From Thermoplasmata archaeon (GTDB lineage: Archaea; Thermoplasmatota; Thermoplasmata; Lutacidiplasmatales; UBA184), in NCBI GenBank assembly GCA_050011355.1, contig JBEKJG010000004.1:2508-66507 (forward strand): DNA of 64,000 nucleotides, given 5' to 3'. The translations under genes were made by a program, and so were the position numbers. Positions 18,324-27,948 of the stretch are shown here, in pieces (the stretch's first letter is position 1; every line of letters starts with the position of its first letter). Under the pieces are notes generated by a model, which was given only the letters and a program-made list of their open reading frames with translations, ran no database searches and was not told the DNA's origin.

Positions 18324-19073
18324 ATGCCGACCACCAGCTCCGCACGGAACCCCAAGAAGAACGCGCAGCCAAACCACCCGGGGGAGGTCGAGGGGATGCG
18401 GGTGGTCGTCACCAAGAACGGCCCGTACGTCGTCTCGGGCAAGGTCCCGCTGACGGTCCAGGTCATCCGGCCGAACGAAGAGGGCCTCTCGTGGAACTGG
18501 GAGGAGGCGGCGACCCTCGAGGTGGGCGCGGAGTACGAGCTCTGTCGATGCGGGCATTCCAAGAACAAGCCGTTCTGCGACGGCTCGCATGCCCGCGTCC
18601 ACTTTGACGGGACGGAGACCGCGAGCCGCCAGCCGTACGCCCGTCAGGCCGAGTCGATCGACGGACCGACCCTCCTCCTCGAGGACGCCGAGGAGCTCTG
18701 CGCCTTCGCCCGGTTCTGCGACCCGGGAGGGAAGATCTGGAATCTGATCGGCCGGTCGAGCGACCCCGAGGCCCGCAAGCTCGCGATCCGCGAAGGGATG
18801 AGCTGCCCCGCGGGCCGGCTCGTCGTGCGGGACAAGAAGTCGGGTACGGTCGTGGAACCGGAACTTCCGCCGTCGATCGGGATCGTCGAGGACCCCGCCC
18901 TCGGTGTCAGCGGCCCACTGTGGGTCCGGGGACGCATCCGGATCGAATCGGAGGACGGAAAGCCCTACGAACTGCGCAACCGGGTCACCCTGTGCCGGTG
19001 CGGGGCGTCCGTCAACAAGCCGTTCTGCAACGGCAGCCACGCGAGCATCCGGTTCAACGACGGCCGCGTCTGA
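18324..19073 (+). CDS. CDGSH iron-sulfur protein (CDGSH - divergent 4Fe-4S - CDGSH)
   Basis: CRCGHSKNKPFCDGSH, CAFARFC...CPAG, CRCGASVNKPFCNGSH. Confidence 0.9.
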   Translation: MPTTSSARNPKKNAQPNHPGEVEGMRVVVTKNGPYVVSGKVPLTVQVIRPNEEGLSWNWEEAATLEVGAEYELCRCGHSKNKPFCDGSHARVHFDGTETASRQPYARQAESIDGPTLLLEDAEELCAFARFCDPGGKIWNLIGRSSDPEARKLAIREGMSCPAGRLVVRDKKSGTVVEPELPPSIGIVEDPALGVSGPLWVRGRIRIESEDGKPYELRNRVTLCRCGASVNKPFCNGSHASIRFNDGRV

Positions 19074-19100
19074 GCCGCTCGGGCGCCGAGGGGTCGCCGT

Positions 19101-20702
19101 TCACAGGCCACCGCCCATCGGCTTCGTGCCTTTGGGGAGGCGACCGGTGATGAACAGGCTGAGCAGCAGCCCGACGATCGTCAGCACCAGCATGACGACA
19201 AACACGTCGACGAACGACGTCGCGCTGGCGCCGAGCACCCCCTGCCCGTACGCGATGCACGCCGGGCTGGGCGGGTAGGCGCATCCTCCCGAGGGCGGGG
19301 CGGGCGAGAGGGCGAGGAACCGGGACTGCTGGAAGGAGGAGAGGAGGGTGAGCCCGATGGAGCCTCCGAGCGACTGCAGGAACTGGACGAGGCCGCTCGC
19401 AGCCCCGACCTCGGCTTCCGGAACCTGGTTCTGGACGGCGAGCAGGAACACGGGGAACGTGAGCCCCACCCCGAAGCCGATCGGGATGAGCGGCGCGACG
19501 ACCCCGCCCACCGGCAGGAAGCCATACGCAAGCTGCCACGTCGGCGTCGAGACTCCCACTCTCGTCAGGAACACCAGGCCGATGGTCGAGATCACCAGCC
19601 CCAGGATCACGATGGGGCGGTAGGCGAACCGGGTGAGGAGGTTCCCGCCCAACGCCGCGCCGAAGACGAGCGGGATCACGAGGAAGTAGAGGACGTCCCG
19701 GACGGTGTTCGAGGCGTCCCCCCCGCCCGCGAGCGTGATGTAGGTGACGAAAAGGGTCAGGAAGGTCGCGAGCGGGAACAGCACCATCCCGACAATGAAG
19801 GTGGTCCCACCGCAGGCGGCGACGATCCGGCGGGAGAACAGCCTCAGCGGGACCAGGGGGTCGGACGCGCGCGTCGTCTCCCACCAGACGAACACGCCGA
19901 CGAGCACGACCGCAGCGGTCAGGAGGGTGATGACCCGCGGGTCCGTCCACGCCCACCCGCCCTCGGAGACCTCGATGAGGGCGAACATGAGCGACCCGAC
20001 CCAGCCGACGAGCAGCCCGGCCCCCGGGATGTCGAACGAGCCCTTCCGCTCGGGGCGGATCGGCCCGAGCGCCGCGAGGAGGAGGACCAGGCCGGCGAGC
20101 CCGACGGGGATGTTCACGTAGAAGACCCAGCGCCAGGTGGTGACGTTGACGATCGCCGCACCGAGGAGCGGGCCGGCGACCGTCGCGATGCCGAAGACGC
20201 CGGAGAGCAGCCCGGTGACCCGGGCGCGGGTCTCGGGCGGGAAGATGACCGCGACGATCGAGAGACCGACGGGGAAGAAATCCCCGCTGCCGAACCCTTG
20301 GATGGCGCGGAAGAAGACGAGCTCGTTGAACGACTGGCTGATGCCCGAGAGGATCGATCCGCCAATGAAGATGAGGAGGCCGGCGATCAGGATCCGCTTC
20401 CGGTCGTAGAGGTCGGAGAGCTTGGCGAAGATCGGGATCGCGACGGTCGAGCTGATGAGGTAGGCGCTGACGACAAACGTCTCCCCACCGGACGGGGCCT
20501 GGAGGCTCGAGAGGATGTTCGGGAGCGCCGTGAGGACGACGAAGTTGTCCAGCGCTCCCATCAGCAGGCAGAGCAGGATGCCCAGGACTACGGCGGCGGC
20601 GAGGCCCGGCCGACGAAGGCCGGTCCGCGCCTCCCGGTGCGAATCGGTCTCCGGGAGGGCCTCCGCCGGTGGCGGGATGGAGGCCGGGTCGGGAGAGATC
20701 AC
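19101..20702 (-). CDS. MFS drug:H+ antiporter, DHA2 (EmrB/QacA-like, 14 TM)
   Basis: LMGALDNFVV, KLSDLYDRK, RAIQGFG, GPLLG...WRWVFYVNIPVG. GTG start at 20702 is inferred. Confidence 0.9.
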   Translation of the reverse strand: MISPDPASIPPPAEALPETDSHREARTGLRRPGLAAAVVLGILLCLLMGALDNFVVLTALPNILSSLQAPSGGETFVVSAYLISSTVAIPIFAKLSDLYDRKRILIAGLLIFIGGSILSGISQSFNELVFFRAIQGFGSGDFFPVGLSIVAVIFPPETRARVTGLLSGVFGIATVAGPLLGAAIVNVTTWRWVFYVNIPVGLAGLVLLLAALGPIRPERKGSFDIPGAGLLVGWVGSLMFALIEVSEGGWAWTDPRVITLLTAAVVLVGVFVWWETTRASDPLVPLRLFSRRIVAACGGTTFIVGMVLFPLATFLTLFVTYITLAGGGDASNTVRDVLYFLVIPLVFGAALGGNLLTRFAYRPIVILGLVISTIGLVFLTRVGVSTPTWQLAYGFLPVGGVVAPLIPIGFGVGLTFPVFLLAVQNQVPEAEVGAASGLVQFLQSLGGSIGLTLLSSFQQSRFLALSPAPPSGGCAYPPSPACIAYGQGVLGASATSFVDVFVVMLVLTIVGLLLSLFITGRLPKGTKPMGGGL

Positions 20703-20836
20703 GGGACGACCCCGGGGGCCGAGTCGAGAGCCGAACCCGACCCGACCACGGGGCACGATGGGCCGCAGGAGGCTCCGTTCGGACGCGCAGGCTGGCGCGG
20801 GCGACCGTGCTGGCGCCGCCGGGAGATTCTCCTCAT
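20699..20836 (-). CDS. Putative 45-aa Arg-rich leader peptide (uORF) coupled to the MFS gene
   Basis: Reads MRRISRRRQHGRPRQP... Its TGA overlaps the MFS GTG (GTGA), and a TAATA element lies about 30 nt upstream. Confidence 0.35.
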   Translation of the reverse strand: MRRISRRRQHGRPRQPARPNGASCGPSCPVVGSGSALDSAPGVVP

Positions 20837-20953
20837 CGCTTGGGGTTCGGCGCTGCCGCGGGGGGTATTAGGCTCGCGGCCGGACTTACCTCCGGGTTAC
20901 GGACCCGTCGAAACCTCGCACGACGGCCGCACGGTCCCACCGAGGGGTCGGAG

Positions 20954-21904
20954 CTAGAACCGGGGCGGTCCGGGGGTTCCCATCGCTTCGACGCGGGCGC
21001 GAACGGAACTCGCGCCCACGAGGATCAGGATCGCCCCCACCACGTTCAGCAGCGGGAAGATGAGCAGGATGGCGCCGACCTTGAACAGGTCGTTCCCGTA
21101 GCGCGAGCCGAAACGCCAGATCCCCAACAGGCAGCCGATGTAGCCGATGAGTGCGATGATCCCGCCGACCAGGACCAGCACGATCCCGATGAGGGCTTGA
21201 CCGATCCCGCCGCAGCTCGCCGGAAGCGTGGTGTTGTTGCTGCTCGCGATGCAGCCGGTGATCGACTGCGCTCCCTGCAGGAGTGGGACCAGGCCGAGCA
21301 GTACGATCACGAACCCGGCGATCAGCAGGAGGGCGAGCGTACTCGGGGTGGAGAAGCGCGGATCGACCGGAGCGAGGCGGTGGAAGGACCCCCTCAGGAG
21401 GAGCACCTGCACAATCGACAGGGCCCCCGACGCGACCGCGACCACGTAGAACAACGGATGGAACACGAAGGTGGAGCCGGAAGAGGTCGTATCGACGGTG
21501 TACAGCGCGGCCGTTCCGGCGAGGAGCACGAGGGTCACCGCGCCCGAGCAGAGCCAGATGATGGCGGCCCAGAGCAGGTAGGTGAGCGCCTCCCGGTCGG
21601 CGTCCCGAGTGGTGGGGGTGGGTTGCGGATAGCCGGGAGGAGGATACATGCCGGGGGAACCCGGCGGCGGAAACGGGCCCCCCGGGTATCCCGGGGCCGG
21701 CGGCCATCCTCCCCCCGGGGGAAGTGGGGGGGACGCGGGCGGCGGGGGGCCGGACATGACGTAGTATCCCGGTGGGGAGGGGGCCACCGGCGCGGGCCCG
21801 GGACGACCAGCCATCGGGGCCGCCAACGAGTTACCGCAGAACGGGCAGAAGCCCGCGCCGATGGGCGCAAGACCTCCGCACCGTGGACAGGCCGCCGTGG
21901 CCAT
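20954..21904 (-). CDS. Zinc-ribbon, Pro-rich, DUF973-like membrane protein
   Basis: CPRC..CPFC, a poly-Pro linker, and C-terminal LGIWRFGSRYGNDLFKVGAIL typical of DUF973-type proteins. Confidence 0.75.
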   Translation of the reverse strand: MATAACPRCGGLAPIGAGFCPFCGNSLAAPMAGRPGPAPVAPSPPGYYVMSGPPPPASPPLPPGGGWPPAPGYPGGPFPPPGSPGMYPPPGYPQPTPTTRDADREALTYLLWAAIIWLCSGAVTLVLLAGTAALYTVDTTSSGSTFVFHPLFYVVAVASGALSIVQVLLLRGSFHRLAPVDPRFSTPSTLALLLIAGFVIVLLGLVPLLQGAQSITGCIASSNNTTLPASCGGIGQALIGIVLVLVGGIIALIGYIGCLLGIWRFGSRYGNDLFKVGAILLIFPLLNVVGAILILVGASSVRARVEAMGTPGPPRF

Positions 21905-22078
21905 CGATGGCGGACCGGTCCGGCGAGTATTAATTCCACCTTCCTTCGGCGGCCCGGCCGGCGGCCACCGATCACGGACGGGGGCGGTTCGGGTCGGGTT
22001 ACCCGTAGGCGAGCAGGCTACCCGCGCCGGCGCGGACCCTTATGAGGCCGGCGTCCCTGAAAACCGCGAGGTACTCTC

Positions 22079-22954
22079 GTGAGCGAACCCCCCCGTTCCG
22101 TGGCTCAGCGTTTCCCCGGAGTTCCGACCGTCGAGGGCGCGGGCGTGCGACTTCGCCGGTCGTTCTCGAACCCCGAGGTCCCGCTGTTCGACCCGTTCCT
22201 CCTCCTCGATCGGTTCGGGTCGAACAACCCGGCCGACTACCTCGCCGGGTTCCCCTGGCACCCCCATCGGGGGATCGAGACGGTCACCTACATCCTGGAC
22301 GGACGGGTCGCCCACGGCGACACCCTGGGCAACGAGGGCGTGATCGGCGCAGGAGACGTCCAGTGGATGAATTCGGGCAGCGGGATCATCCATCAGGAGA
22401 TGCCCCAGCAGACCGATGCGGCGCTCTCCGGTTTCCAGCTCTGGGTCAACCTGCCCGCGAAGGAGAAGATGTCCGTCCCAGCCTATCGGGGACTGAGCGC
22501 GCCGGACTTCCCGACCGTCTCGACGGACGCGGGCAGTCGGGTCAAGGTCGTCGCGGGCACGTACGGGACCGTCGAGGGTCCGGTCCGGGGGATCCCGGTC
22601 GACCCGACCTACCTCGACGTGACGGTTCCGGCGCAGGGAGCGTTCGAGCTACCGACCCATCCGGGGTACACCGCGTTCGCCCATGCCATCGACGGCCGGG
22701 GCACGTTCGGGGGCACGGACTCGGAACCGGTGCCGTCGGGCGAGACCGTGCTCTTCGGTCCCGGAGGGACCGTGAGCGTCCGCGCGGGGGACGGAGGGTT
22801 CCGCTTCCTGCTCGTCACGGGCCGCCCGCTGCACGAGCCGGTCGCGTGGTACGGGCCGATCGTCATGAACACCCGGGCGGAGCTGGTCACGGCGATGGCG
22901 GAGCTCGACCGGGGTCAGTTCATCCACCACCGGCGGCCGATCGTCGAGGAGTAG
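22079..22954 (+). CDS. Pirin-family protein
   Basis: DPFLLLD, GFPWHPHRGIETVTY, VQWM.SGSGIIHQE, GPIVMN. Confidence 0.95.
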   Translation: MSEPPRSVAQRFPGVPTVEGAGVRLRRSFSNPEVPLFDPFLLLDRFGSNNPADYLAGFPWHPHRGIETVTYILDGRVAHGDTLGNEGVIGAGDVQWMNSGSGIIHQEMPQQTDAALSGFQLWVNLPAKEKMSVPAYRGLSAPDFPTVSTDAGSRVKVVAGTYGTVEGPVRGIPVDPTYLDVTVPAQGAFELPTHPGYTAFAHAIDGRGTFGGTDSEPVPSGETVLFGPGGTVSVRAGDGGFRFLLVTGRPLHEPVAWYGPIVMNTRAELVTAMAELDRGQFIHHRRPIVEE

Positions 22955-23987
22955 CGAGTTCCCCGGCGAGCTGCCGGAACGCCCTCTCCAGCACGCGCAC
23001 CGACCGGGCAAGCTCCCGCCCCGAGACCCACTCCCCGGCCGTATGGTCGAGGTGGGGATCGCCGGGTCCGTAGGCCGCGCCCGACGCATGCCAGGCGGGC
23101 GCGACGAGGTTGAGGTCGGAAGTACCCGACTTCCTCCAGAGCGTCGGGCGACCACGCTCGGCCCGGATCCCGGCCTCCAGCGCCCGGACGACCGGGTTCG
23201 TCCGGTCGACCTCGATCGGTTCGATCCGGATGAGGATCTGCAGAGTGGGTCGGCCCGGTTCTCGAGGGAGCGCCCGAAGCACCTCCGCGGTGGAACGACC
23301 CGGCGGGACGCGCAGGTCGAGTGTAAGGGTCGCCCACTCCTCGTCATCACCCCCCGTCTGGATCGAGACGACCTTGGCCGTCAACGAACGGAACGGAGAG
23401 ACGCCCGGGACGAGCGAAGCTGAACTCCTCACGCCAGCGGCCCATTCGAGGGCCGTGTCCGCGACGGTGGGGCGCGGGGAGGAGTAGTGGGTCCGCCGAC
23501 CGCGGAAGTGGGCCGCGATGCGCAGGTCGCCCTTGTAGCCGACCGTGATCCCGTCCCACCGGCTCGGTTCCCCGGCCACGACGGCGTCGATCCCTCGCTG
23601 CCGCGTCCGGTGACGCGCTCCGCGGCTGTCGGTCTCCTCGCCCACGGCCGCGACGACCTCGAGGGTGCCCGGGCCGCTGAAGCTCGCCCCAGCGACCAGC
23701 GCGGCGGCGAGCGGTCCCTTCGCGTCGACCGCCCCCCGCCCGTGGATGCGACCGGCCGAACGCCGCACCGGCCGCCGGCCAGGGACCGTGTCGATGTGGC
23801 CGAGGAAGACGACCCGCGGCCGTCCACCCCCCCGTCGGGCGACCCCGTTCCCGGCCGCGTCCACCCGGGCCGAGTAGCCGAGCGCTCGGGCCACGGCCAC
23901 GAACTCCCGAACGGCCGCCGACTCTTGGCCGCTCGGGCTGTACCGTCGGAGCAGCCGGAGGAGGACGTCGGTCTCATCCACGGCCAA
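22920..23987 (-). CDS. lysK: [LysW]-lysine/[LysW]-ornithine hydrolase (M20 family)
   Basis: GHIDTVPG, GRGAVDAKG, GEE, GEPS, GTSDLN, YGPGD..LDHT; last gene of the LysW operon. Confidence 0.88.
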   Translation of the reverse strand: MAVDETDVLLRLLRRYSPSGQESAAVREFVAVARALGYSARVDAAGNGVARRGGGRPRVVFLGHIDTVPGRRPVRRSAGRIHGRGAVDAKGPLAAALVAGASFSGPGTLEVVAAVGEETDSRGARHRTRQRGIDAVVAGEPSRWDGITVGYKGDLRIAAHFRGRRTHYSSPRPTVADTALEWAAGVRSSASLVPGVSPFRSLTAKVVSIQTGGDDEEWATLTLDLRVPPGRSTAEVLRALPREPGRPTLQILIRIEPIEVDRTNPVVRALEAGIRAERGRPTLWRKSGTSDLNLVAPAWHASGAAYGPGDPHLDHTAGEWVSGRELARSVRVLERAFRQLAGELATPRRSAAGGG

Positions 23988-25119
23988 GGACCTCCTCGAC
24001 CGCCTCGAGACCGGCCCGGAGGTCGTCCTCGTCGATCACGAGCGGGGGAAGCAGCCGGAGGACCGTGGAGCCGGCCGGGAGCGCGAGGAAGCCTCGTTCC
24101 TCGAGCGCGGCCAAGTAGGGTGTGACCCGCTCCCGCAGCTCGACCCCGATGAGCAGTCCCTGCCCCCGGACCTCGCGGACCTTCTCTGTCGGGAGGTGGC
24201 CGAGGCGCTCGCGCGCGGCATCGCCGAGCCGTTCGGCCCGCTCCGGAAGCCGTTCCCGGACCGTGACCTCGAGCGCCGCGACGCCGGCGGCGCAGGCGAG
24301 AGGGTTGCCTCCGAAGGTCGAGTGGTGGCTGCCCTGGAACCGGCGGCGTACCTCCTCGGTCGTGACCGTTGCGCCGATCGGGACACCACCGGCGAGCGAT
24401 TTGGCGAGCGTGAGGAGGTCGGGGACCACGCCCCACCGCTCGAAGGCGAACATCCGGCCCGTCCGACCGACCCCCGTCTGCACCTCGTCGAACGCGAGGA
24501 GGGCCCCGGTGGCGGTCGCGCGGGCTCGGGCGGCGGCGAGAAACTCGGGGGTCGCGACGTGGACTCCCCCCTCGCCCTGGACCGGCTCGAGCAGGACGAG
24601 CGCGGTGGTCTCATCGACCGCCGCGTTCAGCGCGTCGACGTCATTGAAGGGTACGTGGACGAACCCCGGGACCAGCGGCTCGAACGGTTCCCGGAACTCC
24701 TTGCGCCAGGTCGCGCTGAGCGAGCCGAACGTGCGACCGTGGAACCCCCGCATCGCGGCGACGACCTTCGGGCGGCCGGTCGCCGACCGGGCGAACTTGA
24801 TCGCCGCCTCGACGGCCTCGGTGCCCGAATTCGAGAGGAACACGCGGTGGAGGGACGGCGGCAGCAGCCCCGTGAGGCGGTCGACGAACTGGGTTCGGAC
24901 CGGCACGTCGTACCCGGTGCCGAGGTAGATCAGTTCGGCCGCCTGCCGCTGGATGGCCCGTACGACCTCGGGGTGGGCGGCGCCGAGATTGCCGGCCCCG
25001 TGGGTGGCGCCGAGGTCGACGTACCGGCGCCCGGTCCGGTCCCAGAGGGAGGCGCCCGCTCCCCGCACGATGACCGGCTCGGCGCGGGACAGAGGGAAGA
25101 ACGGCCCCCCGTCGCTCAT
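23974..25119 (-). CDS. lysJ: [LysW]-semialdehyde aminotransferase (class III PLP)
   Basis: NSGTEAVE, FHGRT, EPVQGEGG, DEVQTG, AKSLAGG, TFGGNP. Confidence 0.9.
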   Translation of the reverse strand: MSDGGPFFPLSRAEPVIVRGAGASLWDRTGRRYVDLGATHGAGNLGAAHPEVVRAIQRQAAELIYLGTGYDVPVRTQFVDRLTGLLPPSLHRVFLSNSGTEAVEAAIKFARSATGRPKVVAAMRGFHGRTFGSLSATWRKEFREPFEPLVPGFVHVPFNDVDALNAAVDETTALVLLEPVQGEGGVHVATPEFLAAARARATATGALLAFDEVQTGVGRTGRMFAFERWGVVPDLLTLAKSLAGGVPIGATVTTEEVRRRFQGSHHSTFGGNPLACAAGVAALEVTVRERLPERAERLGDAARERLGHLPTEKVREVRGQGLLIGVELRERVTPYLAALEERGFLALPAGSTVLRLLPPLVIDEDDLRAGLEAVEEVLGRG

Positions 25120-25910
25120 CGGAACACCGTCCCGGACCCGGCCAAGGCCCGGGAGACCGGGTCCTTGCCCTGGGAGGAGGCGATGACGACGGAGCCGACG
25201 CCGCCGGCGAGCGCCTCCTGCGCGGCCATCACTTTCTTCTTCATCCGGCCGCCCGCACACGCGAGCACCGATGCGACCTCCGCGCGGGGTACGTGGGGGA
25301 TGACGGAACTGGGGTCCTCGGGGTCCCGGCGCAGGCCGGTGACGTTCGTCAGCAGCACGAGGGATTCCGCTCCGAGCGCGACCGCGACCGCCGCCGCCAC
25401 CCGGTCGGCGTCGACATTGAGCAGCTCCCCGTGGGCATCGGCGGCCGGCGGACCGACCACGGGCACGAGGCCGGCCCCGAGCAGCAGGCGGAGGACCGTG
25501 GGGTCGACGGAGTCGAGCGTGCCCGCTCGGTCGTCCTCTACGCGCAGCACCCGACCGTCAACGATCGCCCGGGCGCCCTGCTTGCGGTGGGCCCGCAGGA
25601 GGCCGCCGTCGAGGCCCGACAATCCGACCGCGGTCCGTCCTCGGGCGGCGAACCCGGCGACCAGGCGCGTCTGGACGGCGCCGGCCAGGGCGAGAACGAC
25701 GACCTCGAGATGGGCCGGCGTGCTCTTGCGCGAGACGACACCGCTCGGCGATGTGTAGTACTCCGGGGGACGTCCGAGCGCCGCTCCCAGCCGGTCGACG
25801 TCGTCGGACCCCCCGTGGACGAGGACGAAGTCCGGGCGGGAGGCCAGCTCGTCCAGGACCGGGTCGAGGGCGTTCCCGGCGGCGCCGCCCACCTTCACCA
25901 CGAGCGTCAG
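25116..25910 (-). CDS. lysZ: [LysW]-aminoadipate/glutamate kinase
   Basis: VVKVGG, VHGGS, SPSGVVSR, LNVDADR, GRMKKKV. Start is either CTG at 25910 or GTG at 25901. Confidence 0.88.
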   Translation of the reverse strand: MTLVVKVGGAAGNALDPVLDELASRPDFVLVHGGSDDVDRLGAALGRPPEYYTSPSGVVSRKSTPAHLEVVVLALAGAVQTRLVAGFAARGRTAVGLSGLDGGLLRAHRKQGARAIVDGRVLRVEDDRAGTLDSVDPTVLRLLLGAGLVPVVGPPAADAHGELLNVDADRVAAAVAVALGAESLVLLTNVTGLRRDPEDPSSVIPHVPRAEVASVLACAGGRMKKKVMAAQEALAGGVGSVVIASSQGKDPVSRALAGSGTVFR

Positions 25911-25920
25911 GGCGTCCTCT

Positions 25921-26946
25921 CTAGATCGGGTGGAGGCCGAGAAAATCGAGCCCGGTGGATTCGGGAAAACCGGCGCGCACGTTGAAGCACTGGACCGCGG
26001 CGCCCGCCGCCCCCTTCATGAGGTTGTCGAGCGCGGCGAGCGCGACCACCCGCTGGGCGTGCGGGTCGACCGCGAAGCCGACGTCGCAGAAGTTGGTCCC
26101 CGCAAGGATCTTCGGTTCGGGTTCCCGGAAGGCGCCCTCCGATTCGTGGACGATGCGAACGAACGGTTCGCTCCCGTAGGCCGACCGGTAGGCCCGCCAG
26201 AGCTCCTTCTCGTCGACCGGTCGGGTCGTGAAGGCGTGGACGGTGGCGAGGACGCCTCGGACCGCCTCGACCCCGTGGCAGGAGAGAGCCACCGCCACAC
26301 CGGTCTCCTGCTCGATCTCCGCCGTGTGGCGGTGGCCGGCGGGGGCGTACGCCCGCATGACGCCCGAGCGCTCGGCGTGGAGCCCGGCCGGCCCGGAGTC
26401 TCGCCCGCTGGCGGAAGAACCGGACTTCGCATCGACGACGACCGGCGCCGGACCGACCATCCCTGCCCGGACCAACGGACGGAGGGCGAGGATGGAGGCC
26501 GTCGCGATACACCCGGGGACGGCGACGATCGCCGCCGTCCGAAGGGCCTCGCGATGCACCTCGGGCAGGCCGTAGACGGCCGTCGGGAGAAGGTCCGGTC
26601 GGGGGTGCGTCCGACCGTAGTACCGGGGGTACTGTTCGGGGTCGCGGAGCCGGAAGTCCGCGGAGAGGTCGAAGACGAGCCCCCCGGAGGCCACGATCTC
26701 GGGAAGGCGGTCCATCGACTCCCCGTGGGGGGTCGCCACGAAGGTGGCGTCCGCGGCGGCGAGGCTGGCATGGGGCGTGAAGAGGAGCGGGCTCACCTTG
26801 CGGAGGTTCGGGTGGGCACGGGAGAGCGGCTTGCCCGCCATCGAGTCCGATGTGACCTGGACGACCTCGGCTTCGGGGTGGCGCAGCAGGAGTCGGAGGA
26901 GCTCCCCGCCGACAAACCCCGACCCTCCGACGATGGCGACCTTCAT
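25921..26946 (-). CDS. lysY: [LysW]-phosphate reductase (ArgC family)
   Basis: GGSGFVGGE, DLSADFR, YGLPE, PGC (catalytic Cys), LDNLMKGAAG. Confidence 0.92.
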   Translation of the reverse strand: MKVAIVGGSGFVGGELLRLLLRHPEAEVVQVTSDSMAGKPLSRAHPNLRKVSPLLFTPHASLAAADATFVATPHGESMDRLPEIVASGGLVFDLSADFRLRDPEQYPRYYGRTHPRPDLLPTAVYGLPEVHREALRTAAIVAVPGCIATASILALRPLVRAGMVGPAPVVVDAKSGSSASGRDSGPAGLHAERSGVMRAYAPAGHRHTAEIEQETGVAVALSCHGVEAVRGVLATVHAFTTRPVDEKELWRAYRSAYGSEPFVRIVHESEGAFREPEPKILAGTNFCDVGFAVDPHAQRVVALAALDNLMKGAAGAAVQCFNVRAGFPESTGLDFLGLHPI

Positions 26947-27794
26947 CGGCGGCCCACCCGGACCGCGTACTCGACGATGCGGCCCGCGACGTCGGCCCCG
27001 GTGGCCGCGGTGAGGGCCTTGAACTCCGGGGTCGGGTTGACCTCGTGCACGACGAGCCCGCTCGGGGCCTCCATCAGGTCGACCGCGAGGACGCCGCCGC
27101 CGACCGCGTCCGCGGCCTTCAGCGAGAGGGCGCGGAGCTCGGAGGACACGTCGGCCGCTTCGGTGGTCGCGCCGCGGGCGGCGTTCGTGCGCCAGTCGGA
27201 GGAGCGGCGCCACATCGCGGCGACCACCTCGTCTCCGACGACGAACACCCGGAGGTCACGGTCGGGCTTGGGCACGTACTCCTGCACGTAGATGATGGAG
27301 TGGACGGGGGAGGTGAGCGCGGCCTTGTGCTCGAGGATCTGTTCGGCGTCCTCGAGATTGTCGACCTTGGCCATCAGTCGCCCCCATGAGCCCACCGCCG
27401 GTTTCAAGACCGCGGGGTAGCCGACCTCCTCGATCGCCTTCAGCGCGGCCTCGGGCGAGAGCGCGACCACCGTCCGCGGCGTCGGGATCCCCCGTTCCGC
27501 GAGGCGGAGCGAGGTGAGGATCTTGTCGCCCGCGAGCTCGGTGACCTCGGGCGTGTTGACGGTGGGGACGCCGTAGTGCGTGAAGAACCGGGTCGCGTAG
27601 AGCGACCGGGAGTGGCTCACCGAGCGGTTGACGACCACGTCCGGCAGGCCGGCCGGCCGCTCCAGCCCGAAGGTCGTCTGCCCGTCGTCGATCCGCTGGA
27701 CGGCGATCCCGCGTGCATCCGCAGCGGCGAGGATCGCCTTCTCTTCGGGCCGGACGATGGTGTAGAAGACGCCGAGCGAGAACCCTTCACTCAC
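26943..27794 (-). CDS. lysX: LysX/ArgX ATP-grasp ligase (amino acid--LysW ligase)
   Basis: GDKILTS, KPAVGSWGRL, YVQEYVPKPDRDLR, WRTN, EVNPTPEFK. Confidence 0.9.
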   Translation of the reverse strand: MSEGFSLGVFYTIVRPEEKAILAAADARGIAVQRIDDGQTTFGLERPAGLPDVVVNRSVSHSRSLYATRFFTHYGVPTVNTPEVTELAGDKILTSLRLAERGIPTPRTVVALSPEAALKAIEEVGYPAVLKPAVGSWGRLMAKVDNLEDAEQILEHKAALTSPVHSIIYVQEYVPKPDRDLRVFVVGDEVVAAMWRRSSDWRTNAARGATTEAADVSSELRALSLKAADAVGGGVLAVDLMEAPSGLVVHEVNPTPEFKALTAATGADVAGRIVEYAVRVGRR

Positions 27795-27948
27795 CCCAGT
27801 CCTCGGCTTCCTTCGGAGCGGGTTGGACCGCGAACGGTTCGGTTCGCAGGACCTCGAGCTCCGTCCCGCAGTCGGTGCAGGGGAAGACCTCGCCCGGGAT
27901 CTTGTCGTGATTCACTACGGCCGCTTCGCACTCAGGGCACTGTGTCAT
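27787..27948 (-). CDS. lysW: LysW amino-group carrier protein (53 aa)
   Basis: MTQCPEC...CTDCGTELEV...EAEDWGE: two CxxC motifs and the C-terminal EDWGE. Confidence 0.97.
   Translation of the reverse strand: MTQCPECEAAVVNHDKIPGEVFPCTDCGTELEVLRTEPFAVQPAPKEAEDWGE

Noticed and set aside
14859..22076. 13-bp match CCGCGAGGTACTC at 14859-14871 and 22064-22076 as possible island ends
   Set aside because: Arbitrary 13-mer matches are expected by chance in 64 kb of GC-rich DNA, and this one contains an SD-like GAGGT.
22920..22954. Convergent gene overlaps (pirin/lysK here; ileS/AMMECR1 at 53989-54020)
   Set aside because: Short tail-to-tail overlaps are common in compact GC-rich genomes and show no sign of special function.
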